NCBI GenBank assembly: GCA_907165135.1
Contig: OU015569.1
Location: forward strand, 12,090,001-12,154,000
Direction of reading: 5' to 3'
DNA length: 64,000 nt
Source of the DNA: Oikopleura dioica
Lineage: Eukaryota; Animalia; Chordata
A program made the translations under genes and the position numbers. Shown here in pieces: positions 37,540 through 48,805 of the stretch. The notes under the pieces were generated by a model that saw only the letters and a program-made list of their open reading frames with translations, had not been told where the DNA came from and ran no database searches. The first letter of the stretch is position 1. The number at the start of each line of letters is the position of its first letter.

Positions 37540-40500
37540 TTAGACTTGGCAAATGTAGCGGAACTCGCGGTCGCATTTTGAGGGGTACCATTTGTAGCCG
37601 AACTGCAGGCCCGCGGACTGGATGCACCGCTCCGAGCGCTAGAATCGTTGAAAAAAGGGGATGAGTGGTGGAACTTACTGTGGGGCGGATTTCTCCGTAC
37701 CAGTTTTGGAAAGAGCTGTCCGTGACGGTCGTGTTGTCCACCCAGCTGAGACGGTCGCTCTCTTTGTCCAGCGACAATCCAACCCAGTAGGAAGTGTCCT
37801 GAACAGTTATTTCAATCAGTTCTGTTAAAAACCTGAGTCAGAGTTTTAAGCTGCTCAGCAGAAAGCCGCGTTGCGGCTTCGAAAAATAACCATTTGAATT
37901 TTCTAAAACAATCGAAGCCGATTCGTAGAGAGGGGTTATCATTCGAGCCTTTGATTCGAGCCATCCATTATCTCTAGAATCTTTGCTAGTGGTTAGGGTA
38001 AGGGACTGAAAGCCCCCTGGTTTAGGCCTTAGGAGGGGGGTCCCGGGGGCGTAGTCCCCTGGGTTAGGTTTAGGAATAGGGGCAGCTCGAATGATAACCC
38101 CCTACTACCAGCCGATTTGCGGCTTCGTATTTGTTAAAGCCGCAAGGCGGCTCTCTGTTGAGCATTTTCAAACCCTGACTCAGGTTTTTAACGATGGTTG
38201 TCGACTGGAATTTCAGTCAATTCGAAGATAATTGCCATCTAGCTTGACTTACATAAGAGCTGCCTCTGATCAAATTCGTAATAAACAACATCGTGTCCTC
38301 GTCCTTGATCACCGCCAAAGATCCGCCCTGTCTGTTACATCTCTGCTCGGCCGCCTCCCACGAGCGCTTGTCCTTGCTCAAGTTGAAGCAGAAGCTTCCT
38401 TTCTTTTTCCCGTGGCCGGCGCACCGGAATCGCGCGTCTTTAATCAATTTCTTTGAGCATTTTTGAACTCGGAAAGAGCTTCACTTACTTTGTAAGCGAT
38501 GCTTCGTAAAGTGCGCCACTGCTGCGTTGCTGGAAATCGACTCGGCCTGGGCGTTGAGGCGTTTTTCGTGCTCTTGGATTAGAGCTTCGTCGCGGCTTTT
38601 CCATTCCAGCAGTTTCTAAAGCAATCTTTGAAAAATTGTAAAATCAGAGAATTGACCCCCTATCTGGGCTCGGCAACCTGTAAGAAAAGCTTGAGTTAGG
38701 GTCTGAAAAATCAAAAAGAAAAGCCGTGTAGCAAGAATTTGAAAATTGACTAGAATGCTAACATTGCGAAGCCGCTTCGCGGCTTCGTTTAAAAGAAAGC
38801 CGCTACGCGGCTTTTCATTTGTGAACTTTCAGACCCTGACTCAGGTTTTCTACACAGGTTGATGAGCCCAGGTTATCAGCTGTGTTGACAAAAATGTGTT
38901 GACAAACGACTATTTGAAAATTATACGTATTAGCTTTTGATGAGTTGTGGCTGGAGAAAGAATAAAGAAATTATTGGTTCCTTTCGAAAAGTGGTCAGAG
39001 TCTGTCAAGGCGGAATTTCGAACGGCGCCAGGAAGAGTGATTGACGGGCGACGCACGAAAAGGGGATGGAAATTGAATTAGACACTGGAAAACGGATGGA
39101 ATCAACGAGGACTATTCAGATTTTTACTTCGAATTCTGCAAGACACAAAAGTTCTTACTTTTGGGTTGTGTTGAAAACCTGAGTCAGATTTTCTGTCCAC
39201 GGATTTTTTCATGCTCAGGACCCTGACTCAGGTTTGCACACAGGTTGCAGAACTCAGCTGAAGGCTGGGCACGGCAACCTGTGTAAATCCTGAGTCAGGG
39301 TCTGAAAGATCTCTAATAAAGGGATTCAGACCCTGACTCAGGTTTTCTTTACAGATTACCGAGCCCATATCTTACCTTGACTTCGTGCTGGTATTCAGAA
39401 ACGACGCTCAAAATCTGCTGTCTCTCGTCTTTTAGTTTCTGAACTTCGATCGCCAAAAACTCATTTTCTTCCTTTCGCGATTTCAATTCCAACGCCATGG
39501 TCGATTTCTCCGAAAGAACGAGATCCATTCTCAACTGCTGCTGAATAATCGCCTGGCCGATTGCCGGAGGAATGTCGCACTCGCAATTTTTTCCGTTTTC
39601 CGATTTCTCCGTTTTTAAAAGCTGCTCTTCGAAATCCGGCAGTTTTTTCAGCGTCGTCGAGTTCGTTTTTCGCTTTGGAAAGTCGCCGAAATTCTGCTTG
39701 AGCGAAATTTCCTGGATCTGGTCTGAAGGGGACTCATCAGAAGCTACTAATTAGGGCGATTCACGGGCATTTGTCAAGTCGGGCAATTAAATTTAGGATT
39801 AAGAAATTCAAGATCAAGTTTAACCACTCTGAGCCTGGGAAGAAAAGGGGGGACAAAATGAGACTTTTCTGCAAAAAAAAAAGGATTGGCATTTTAAATT
39901 GCCTGCCTCAAAGTATTTTTAATAAATTGATCAAGTCGATGATTAGCTCTGGCGAGAAGATGAGTCCCGGTGTCTAGGATGTAGACTTGGTTCTTTTCTA
40001 ATTTCTCCACTCGATGGGAAACGTCGTTCTTGATGATTGTGTCTCTGATCATTTCCGAGGTTCTGTTACCAGATGTTCTATATGAGCAGCTCTAGAACTG
40101 CTCTGAATGACTAAATTACTGATCGAAAATCTGTTCCTTTGCAAGTCGCGTTCGAAAACCTCGATCGCTTCGGCAATCTGGCGCATGAGCTCGCTCCTCA
40201 GCGTCGTCATGTTTCTGTAGATCGCGCTTTCCAAAGTAAAGTTCATCCCTTCCGCGGAAAGGGCAGGTACAGTCACTTCGCTCTGTTCGCTTTCGCTCAG
40301 TTTGGGGATGATTGGCATCGAGTTTCTGACCGTTCGGGCTTTATGACGCGATCTTAATTGCAAAAATCAAATTTTCATACTGTGGTGAAAACCTGAGTCA
40401 GGGTCTGAATGAGATTACATGACAAGCCGCGTAGCGGCTTTTTAAAGAACGAAGCCCCGAAGCGGCTTCGCAAAATTACTTTTCAAATCAATTTTTAAAT

Positions 40501-43264
40501 TCTGGCGAAGCCGCTTTGCGGCTTCGTTTTTTAAAAAGCCGCCACGCGGCTTTTCATGTAAGCTTTTTCAGACCCTGGCTCAGGTTTTTTAAACAGTTTG
40601 CTGAGCCCAGACTTTAAATTTCTCCTCTAAGAAGCCTTAATCGTAAAGCCTTACTCTGAAACATTCTGCTCAGAATTCTGGTCAACGAGTTTCTCGATTT
40701 TCTGGCGCAGCTGTTCGATCATTTTCTGGTTGAATTCGATGTTGGCGCCGTTGGTGCTGACGCTGCTGCTGTGCTGCCTCAGTTCGCCGTAAAACTCGGC
40801 CAGCCGCTCTTCGTGCTTCGTGATCTTCTGCAGCTGCTCGAGCATGTCGCTTTTCATGACGTCGATTCTGTCGGTGAAGAGGATCGCCATTTGGCGCAGG
40901 AACTCGCGCGGGTTCGTCGTTTGACGCACCTCCAGGTCGCGAACGCGGTGGTTCAGGTCGATCGTGAAGTTTTGAATTTGGTCCAGTCGGTTCAGATAGC
41001 CGCCTGATTAATTTAATTGAAGTAAAATGATAAAATAAGTACAAGCTTTAATTAAATACTGCAATTCTGATTTATGAATGACATAAATTTTGGCCTTCAA
41101 GTTTTTAGCTCTAGAACCTCGCGGCTTCAAGTCAAAATAAAATTCTAGAGCTATTTTTTGTTCGAAGCGTTCGAAGTCGTGCCGAGGTCTAGCCGCGACT
41201 TACACACAGAGCTGTTGTTTTTTTTCGAAAATCGAAACACCATAAGATCGAGGGGAGCGGAAGAATAAGGAATTTAAATATAACGATAATTAGTCGATTA
41301 AATTATTCTATCCTTTGCGTCGTCGAGAATATTAAGAGTATCAAGATTAACGAAAATATAAGTCAAAATCCTCCTTGAAAAGCCTTAGAAAAGCACGTTA
41401 TACCTATAGAATAAGTCGTGTCAAATATTGGCGGAATCGAGTTTTCCGTCAAATATCCTCTTTGCCGTATCAACTCGTCAATCGTATTCATGCTTTCGTT
41501 GATTCCAGCGAATTCCGACTTCATGTTGAATATTTGCGATTCAAGATCTTGGAAGCGCGAGAGAATCGTTTCTTTCTTCGAGTTGTCTGAAATTTTGAAT
41601 TAATCTCTTTGAATTCGGCTATTTTTTTATTCTTATTATGAGCTGAGTTGAGCTCAGAATTTTCAATTCAAGCTCGGCTAAGCTCAAACTAAATTAACTG
41701 AACTGAGCCCGGCTCTGTTCGAGCTCAGCTGGCTAAGTTATGTGCTGAGCTAAATTATGTTTAGCCGGCTCAAATTGAGGCTCAACAGAGCTTGATTTTG
41801 AGACAGCTCAGCTCAGAAGCAAAAGATTTTAGCCAGCCGAGCTCGACTCAAATGGAGCTGAGCTCAACTAGCTCAGATCAAAAGAATTTAAACTCCGATG
41901 GAGCGGATGGGCCGTTTCTTTTTTGTTGGCAAGGTGTTTGGTTGACTGGAAGTTAGAAACAACACTTCCTGGAGCCCATTAAAGTGCTATTCCTTGTCCG
42001 CTAGCAGATGTAGTTATGATGATGAATGATGGCCTAACCAAGAACAATAAAATCTAAGTGATTGTTTATGGGACAGCTCAGCTGCAGCAAAACACGCCAC
42101 AAAAAAAGCTTGTTCGCTTCTTCGTTGCCGCTTCTTTTTTCAAGATTTATGTCGATTTTGACATGTCACTTTCGCGATTTTCAGAAAGCACCTTTTACTT
42201 CCGCTCCGCATTTTTACGTCTACTAATAGGAAGTCAATTCGAAGCCAGGGAAATGACATTTGTAGCGCATTTTCTTCCGCAATTGCTAATCGCTTGTCTA
42301 TTAAGGGAGTACCACTCGTAAAGTGAAATTAATTGATGAATTTGTATTTAATTCTTTATCGGGCTAACCTCTGCTATCTGTATAGAAACCTGAGTCAGGG
42401 TCCTGACTAAGCTTTAACAGATTCGCCAGAATATTCAGGACCCTGACTCAGGTTTTCCGCAGCGTTTGCAGAGCCCAGTTACTCATTATTCTTCTCGGTA
42501 ATTTTGTTTTTATTGTTTATTTTTATCATTTTTTAATCACAATTCTATACTTTTTCAAGTTCAATAAGAAAGACTAATAAGATAAATTTACATCTAGCGA
42601 TGAGGTCATGACACAGCTAAGTCTTGAGAAGATCACCTTGAGAAGGAAGCTTTTTGATCTCGCCATTCTGTGGCGTTTTCACCTTGTAAAACTTTATTAA
42701 CATAATTAACATATTCACCTATACTTTCTTGCAGGGAAACAAAACTCATTTTGCTTTCTCTATTCCAAAATTACGAATAATTTATGTTTCAGTCTCTGAC
42801 CCTGTAAGCATATTACTAAGCCAAGATTTCTCTAGGCTTTTAATTTAGTGACGCCCTTATTTTCAAAATAAGTTCAACCGCCTTTTAGAAAATAAGGGTC
42901 TCACTTTCATATATGAAGTCCCTGAGACTGGGCTCGGGAACCTGTGTTGAAAACCTGAGTCAGGTTCTGAAGAAACTTTTTTCAGAACCTGACTCAGGTT
43001 GTCAAGCTTAGCTTTAAAAAATCTGAAGAAAAAAAAATCAGATTCATCATGTCTACCCTTAATTTATGGCCCTGTCAAGTTATTACCTTTGACCCTGGAG
43101 GTCTGAATCGTGTGGCTGAAAACTTCATCGACTCCGTACTCGACTGGCAGTTGAATTTTAATTGTGTACTCGACGGGTCTCTCGTTTTCTTCGTCTCTTT
43201 CCTGGGCGAAAAGAGGCTGCAAAAAGAGGAGCAGCAGAATTTTCAAACGCTTCGGACTTTTCAT
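37540..43264 (-). CDS. Secreted long coiled-coil protein with C-terminal C-type lectin domain
   Basis: CTLD: SFCFNLSKDKRSWEAAEQRCNRQGGSLAVIKD...|YWVGLSLDKESDRLSWVD...FQNW...|SERCIQSAGLQFGYKWYPSKCDREFRYICQV*. Heptad-rich exons at 38.5-41.6 kb. The signal-peptide exon MKSPKRLKILLLLFLQPLFAQ (43264) is linked tentatively. Confidence 0.75.
37924..38109 (-). mobile_element. Second telomere-repeat MITE, nested inside an AP-1 MITE
   Basis: Same TIR core GGGGTTATCATTCGAGC; 8-bp TSD AGCCGATT (37916-23 / 38110-17) duplicates part of the host MITE hairpin. Confidence 0.85.
38664..38871. mobile_element. Full-length copy of the AP-1/AAGCCGC MITE in a lectin intron
   Basis: ctgggctcggcaacctg...ggttgatgagcccag. 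Confidence 0.85.
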
Positions 43265-44222
43265 TTCTCTTTTTCTCTCTCGTTCGTTTCCGCGCTCTCT
43301 GACTGTCACGTGAGTCTGTGTTCGTTAGAAGTACTGGCTCGATTTATAACTTGAAGCTTGTTTGGTCGTTTTAGGGAGCTGAAGCGAGAGGAGAGCGTGG
43401 ACGAGCGTGAGAAAGGGCGACGTCCTAAACTCTAGCAGCGGCGCCACTCAAAATTAGCCCGAGCTCAGAACTGCCGGAACTCGTCGTCTACTAATCGCCT
43501 CTTTGTCCATCACAGAAATCAGAAGACACAGATGATCGCTGAGACTACTCGAGCAGCCTCTTTTCATTCTGATTTCTCAGAAAAAGAGGAGACAAATGAC
43601 AACTGTCGTATCTACTCCCCAAAGAACTAAAACTCATCCTTCCTTCCTAATTAAAAAAAGCTGGGAAAACAAGAAAGATTCAACCAGAGCTCGGAAGCCT
43701 GTGTCAAAACCTGAGTCAGAGTCCTGAAAAAGCTTTGATAAACGCTGCTGCAAATTTTCAGGACCCTGAGTCAGGTTTCTACGCAGGTTGTCAAGCCTCT
43801 TTATTTTCCGGTTGTCTCGTTTTATCCTTTTCTCTTGCTGAAAATCAAAATATCTGCGAAATCCGCTTTGCTCTTGAAAGTACTGAAATGCTCTGTCGTT
43901 GTTGATTTCTCAATCCGTTTTTATGCTCTTTGGAAAGGAATTTCAATGTGTCAATGTTTCATATTTCTCAGCGCAGCTGGCGGAACTAGACAAACCGCAA
44001 CGACACTACTCCCTCAAGCTCTCATTATTTAAAAAGTACTCTCAAAGTCGAATTCTTCATGCTCAAAATAAACAAAAGTTTCATCCAAAAAGAGATATTT
44101 TTTTTAATTCTTTTTGGAAAATTGAATTTTGCCATTTTTCTTTACAAAGGCCTTTCTGTATTCTTTTCGCAGTCAAATTCACTAAAAGCAGTCTTTGGAT
44201 ACTTTTCAGGATAACAGAGTTT

Positions 44223-47136
44223 TTATCTTCCTCGCTTTCTTTCTGGTCGGGTTGCCGCGATTCTCCGCCGCCTGGGCGTTCATCTTCGCTTTTCTTTTCT
44301 TCTGCAGCGCTCGGAACTCGGAGTCCGCCAAAAGCTCGTCCACGAGTGTTGCCTATTTTCGGGCTAGACTAGCATTAATTTTGGTTTTTTCATGAGTTGG
44401 GATGCTAATTTCGACTTTTCTTCTAAATTTAGTAAAGAGATACCCTTATTTCTTCTCACAGAATAGTCAAAATTTTTTCATAAAAAGTTTCATTCTAGCT
44501 CGTGAGCCTGGGTTCAGTGACCTGAGTACAAAACCTGAGTCAGGGTCTCGAGAGAGCTTTGAATCTAGAATCGATTGAATAGGTCAGAGCTCTTTCGAGA
44601 CCCTGAGTCAGGGTCCCTGACTTAGGTTTTGTACACAGGTCGCCAAAACAGGAAAGCCCAATTACTGATGTGTACCCCCTTAAATCACTTGTTGTGCTTT
44701 TCAGGGAAGCAGTAAATCTGCGTTCCAGAGAACTACGTTTTCACAAGCTGCATCCCTTCGTCGGGTAAAATTAAATTTATGAACTGGCGAATCCGCAAGG
44801 AAGAAAGTGTTAAACAAATCCTTCCTCACACATTTTCCAATGTCATTGCCAGCTTTTAAATGTAAATTAGGAAAAGTACTTCTTAAAAAGGGGCTCCATT
44901 TTTAATCACTAATCGAGCCGTCGCTTAAATTTTATTAGATAATCTGCAAAGCCGTCAAACAATCATAAATCTTGTTTTATGGGCTTTGCGCTAGGCGGAA
45001 ACAGAAACTTAAGGACCACCCTCACGCTTTGAATTTGCGTCTTTTTTTATTGAAAAATTTGATTTTGAGGGTTCAAACTTGGGAATCATCAAAAATAATA
45101 CCGCGGTTGGCATATCTGACTGACTGATTTTCCAGTCAGTGTATGAGCCGTTACAATTCTCCATGCTAAAACATAGCAGATTTGTAACGGCTCCTGATTG
45201 GTCGACTGGTTTGACTGGATTTTCATATAGAGGAGACCAGAGTCAAATTTTGATTGGTTGATAAGCTATTTTCAGAATCAGTCAGTCAGAAATGCCAATC
45301 TTGCAGCTTGTAGTCCTTTTTTGGCCAATCAGAGGCCTGTATTTTCTTTCCCGACCAATCAATACTCAATATATCGTCAAAGTAACAAAATTCACCATGA
45401 TTCCCTGATAGGATAAATACTGGCTTCTGATTGGCAGGAGAAAAAAAGCTCGAAGAAGCTGTTGCTTTTGATGATTCCTAAGTTTGAAACCTCAGGATTC
45501 ATTTTTTCGACAAAAAAAAAACGATTTCCCAAGTCCAAAATTAAAATGATAAAATGTGGCTAACGAAACCAGAGTCAGCATCGCCATTTTTTATAAATCA
45601 AATCTGACAAGGAATAGCTCTCGATGTAGATTTCTCGAGTTATGAGCAGCCTTGCTGATTTATTATCCCGATTTAGTAAAAGTCCCCTCTTCAATTTTTT
45701 CATTTTCAATTAATCATCTTGTCAAAAACTATTTCCCCGAATTACCATTGAAATCTTTCTTTCCGGCATCCTTTCAAGCCCTTTATAATACCCGACTAAA
45801 TTTTTAACCTGTCAAAAGGAAAACTACTGTCTTCGAAAAAGAAAATTCCACGATCGAAAAAGACCGTGTCGTCTGAGCCCGTTTCCTTTCGTTGCTTTTT
45901 GGTGAGTCGGTTGTAGAAGTCGTCTGAGCTGTCCATCACTGTTCCCAGCTGGAAGAATTTGGCGTCTCCGCGTCGATCGCTGTTTTTCATGAATGTTTTG
46001 GAGTCGAGCACGCGGCGGTAGCGCAGCAGTTTCAAATCGTTTTTCACCTAAACCACACATTCAAGCTGTTTGCTCGGAAACACGCCCAGACGCCAGGGCG
46101 AGCAGCAAAAAACACATTAATTTTAAAATGTGTCAAAACAACGTCTAAGCGTACTCCATTCCAATTCAGCTATTCTGAGCTTGAAAACGTCTCCAAGTCA
46201 GGTCTTTTTTTCGAACTGGGCTCGGTAGCCTGTGTAAAAACCTGAGTCAGGGTCGCGAAAGAGCTTGAGTACTAAAACCGCGCAGCTACAAATAAAGGGC
46301 TCTCATGGCCCTGACTCAGCTTTCTGCACAGGTTGAAGAGCCCAGAACTGAGCCTGACCCTGAGTAGAAAATAGTCCTGCTTTTCTACTCAGGGTAAGCC
46401 TCACTATCACTTTCACTGAAGCAAGAATACTCACCTCTTCCGTCAATTCCGGCGCTGCCATATCGAACCACTTCTTCCCAGCTGTTTTGCTCTTCGCCGT
46501 TTCTTTCTCCTTGGCTTTCGCGTATTTCGACTTCGCCGTGTCGATCCTTTTCTTTTTCAGAAAATCGCCGCCGATTTCGATCTTCTTTTCGAACTCTTCC
46601 AAGTTGATTTCGTAGTTTTTCTTCGCCGAATCAAAGTCGATGTAAGACTCGCCTGAAAAGAATTAGCAAAGTTAAGGATCTCGACAAAAAAAGTTAAAGG
46701 AAAAGCCGCGTAGCGGCTTTTTTAAATACGAAGCCGCGCAGCGGCTTCGCAACATCACCATTTCAGTCAATTTTCAACAACTGGCGAAGCCGCTACGCGG
46801 CTTCGTTCTTAAAAAAGCCGCTCCGCGGCTTTTCATTTGAGCTTTTGAGAACCTGACTCACGCTTTTCATAGAATATTTTTCCCTGACTCAGGCTTTCTC
46901 AAGTAAAGCAAGATCTTACCAATTGACTCATTAATAAGTTCAATTCCAAACTCTTCTGGCGGAAGATACTTTTTCGATTTCGGCTTGTTGTCCAAGTCGA
47001 TGACGATATCGCCCGTCGTCTTCTTTTCATTTTGATCTTTCTTCTTTTCCAAAAGGCGCTGCTTTGCCTCCTCGAGCTCCTCCGCCGTCAGTTCGAGCTC
47101 CAAGTCTTCCGAAAAGTCCGATTCTGTGTCGCTCAT
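44223..47136 (-). CDS. DNTTIP2: Fcf2-domain pre-rRNA processing protein (DNTTIP2/Fcf2-like)
   Basis: AGKKWFDMAAPELTEE|VKNDLKLLRYRRVLDSKTF...FFQLGTVMDSSDDFYNRLTKKQRK|ATLVDELLADSEFR matches the Fcf2 motif. Four exons; last intron GA-AG. Confidence 0.9.
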
Positions 47137-47348
47137 TTTTTTTCTGAAATGAAAGACGGTTATTTGGTTTCTTCTTCAATTATCCTCGAATTCTCATCAA
47201 TGGAAAAAAATCGCGAGCGCTGATTGGCCGCGCGCGCCAATTACGTCAGCTTTACAAGCAAAAAAAGGAATTCCCGAGAAAAAATGCGAAAATCAAAATC
47301 TTGAAACAAGAATTATTATTTTTTTCTGCAAAAAAGACGAAAAAGAGG
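47137..47348. promoter_or_regulatory. Putative bidirectional promoter between the Fcf2-like gene and COQ5
   Basis: Divergent ATGs about 210 bp apart; contains CCAAT boxes (tgattggc, gccaat) and TTACGTCA near 47221-47250. Confidence 0.55.
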
Positions 47349-48709
47349 ATGATCCGATCGGCGGCGTCGCGAATTTCGAGAGTGCGAAGTCGACGAATCT
47401 CGAATTCGCGAGTTTTGAGCGAGAAATCGACCCACTTTGGTGAAAAAACAGTCAAAGTCGAGGAAAAGCAGGGACTCGTCAATTCCGTCTTCAACAATGT
47501 GGCAGACTCGTACGACGTGATGAACGATGTCATGAGCTTTGGAGTTCACAGGTACTGTTTTTGATGCAAGAATTTGGGTTCAGAAAACTGTTGTTAGTAT
47601 TTCTCTTTTGTGCTTGATTTTGATGAGTTTAAAAAGAAGTAAAATCTAATCCAGAATAATCGGATTCTGAGCTTTGCTCGACACCCTGTGTGGAAAGCCT
47701 GAGTCAGGCTTTACAAGACTTGAGTCAGAAGATTCACAAAGAAATGAGAATCGTTTTAGTAAATTATTTCAAAACTGTAAAAAATTATTCAGATGCTGGA
47801 AAGAATCATTCGTCCGCGAGTTGGCTCCTCGGCCTGGCACTAGAATGCTGGACATGGCTGGCGGAACTGGCGACATTTCCTTCAAAGCGCTGCAATTCGC
47901 ACAGAAAAAGTACGGAAGAGCAAAGGCCAACTTTGAAATCACGGTTTCGGACATCAACACGGAAATGCTTCGCGTCGGCGAGAAACGGGCCAAAGAACGA
48001 GACGATGTCGACGAAAGCTGTCTCACTTTTCAGGTGAAAGAAAAAGTAGTCTTGCCTAGACTCTGGTCGACTTCGTAGAACTGGCCTGAGTCAGGGTCTT
48101 TTAGTCAAAGGGTCTCTTGACTGAGAGCCTTTCAAGGACCCTGACACAGGTTTTACACAGTTTGACGAGTCTAATCTTCCTGTTTGAGCATTATTTCGCC
48201 CAGTAACTTGTTGCTTCTAGGCGGCGGACGCACACGAGCTGCCCTTCGAAGACAACTCTTTCGACTACTACACGATCGCTTTCGGCATTCGCAACTGCAC
48301 GGACATCGACAAGGTGCTCGACGAAGCGTACAGAGTCCTAAAACCTGGCGGCCGTTTCATGTGTCTCGAGTTTTCGCCAAACGTCTGTCCAGCTATCAAA
48401 CCCTTTTACGACTTTTACTCTTTCCAAGGCTCGGCTCCCAAACTCTTTCAAAACCTGAGTCAGGTTTCCAAACAGGTTGCCAGACTCATGTCTAGTACAA
48501 GTTGCGGAGCCAATTCAAAAGTGATTCCTCCGATGGGTCAAGTAGTCGCCGGCGACTGGGACTCGTACCAATATTTGGTCGAAAGCATTCGCAAATTCCC
48601 GGACCAGGAGCGCTTCAAAATGATGATCGAGGGCGCAGGCTTCGAAGCGGTCAGCTACCAAAACTACACTTTTGGAATCGCTGTTGTTCACGACGGCTTT
48701 AAACTGTAG
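47349..48709 (+). CDS. COQ5: 2-methoxy-6-polyprenyl-1,4-benzoquinol methylase, mitochondrial
   Basis: Arg/Ser-rich presequence; THFG...[22 protein letters not shown]|CWK; [12 protein letters not shown]; DIN..ML; [26 protein letters not shown]; [13 protein letters not shown]; YSFQ|[27 protein letters not shown]. Confidence 0.97.
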
Positions 48710-48805
48710 CCGCTCTTACTGTTACTGTAACTGTTAATAATTAAAATACAATACTCAAAATGATGATTATCATAACAAAGATCGTTTTTAATTGATTTGA
48801 AGTCC

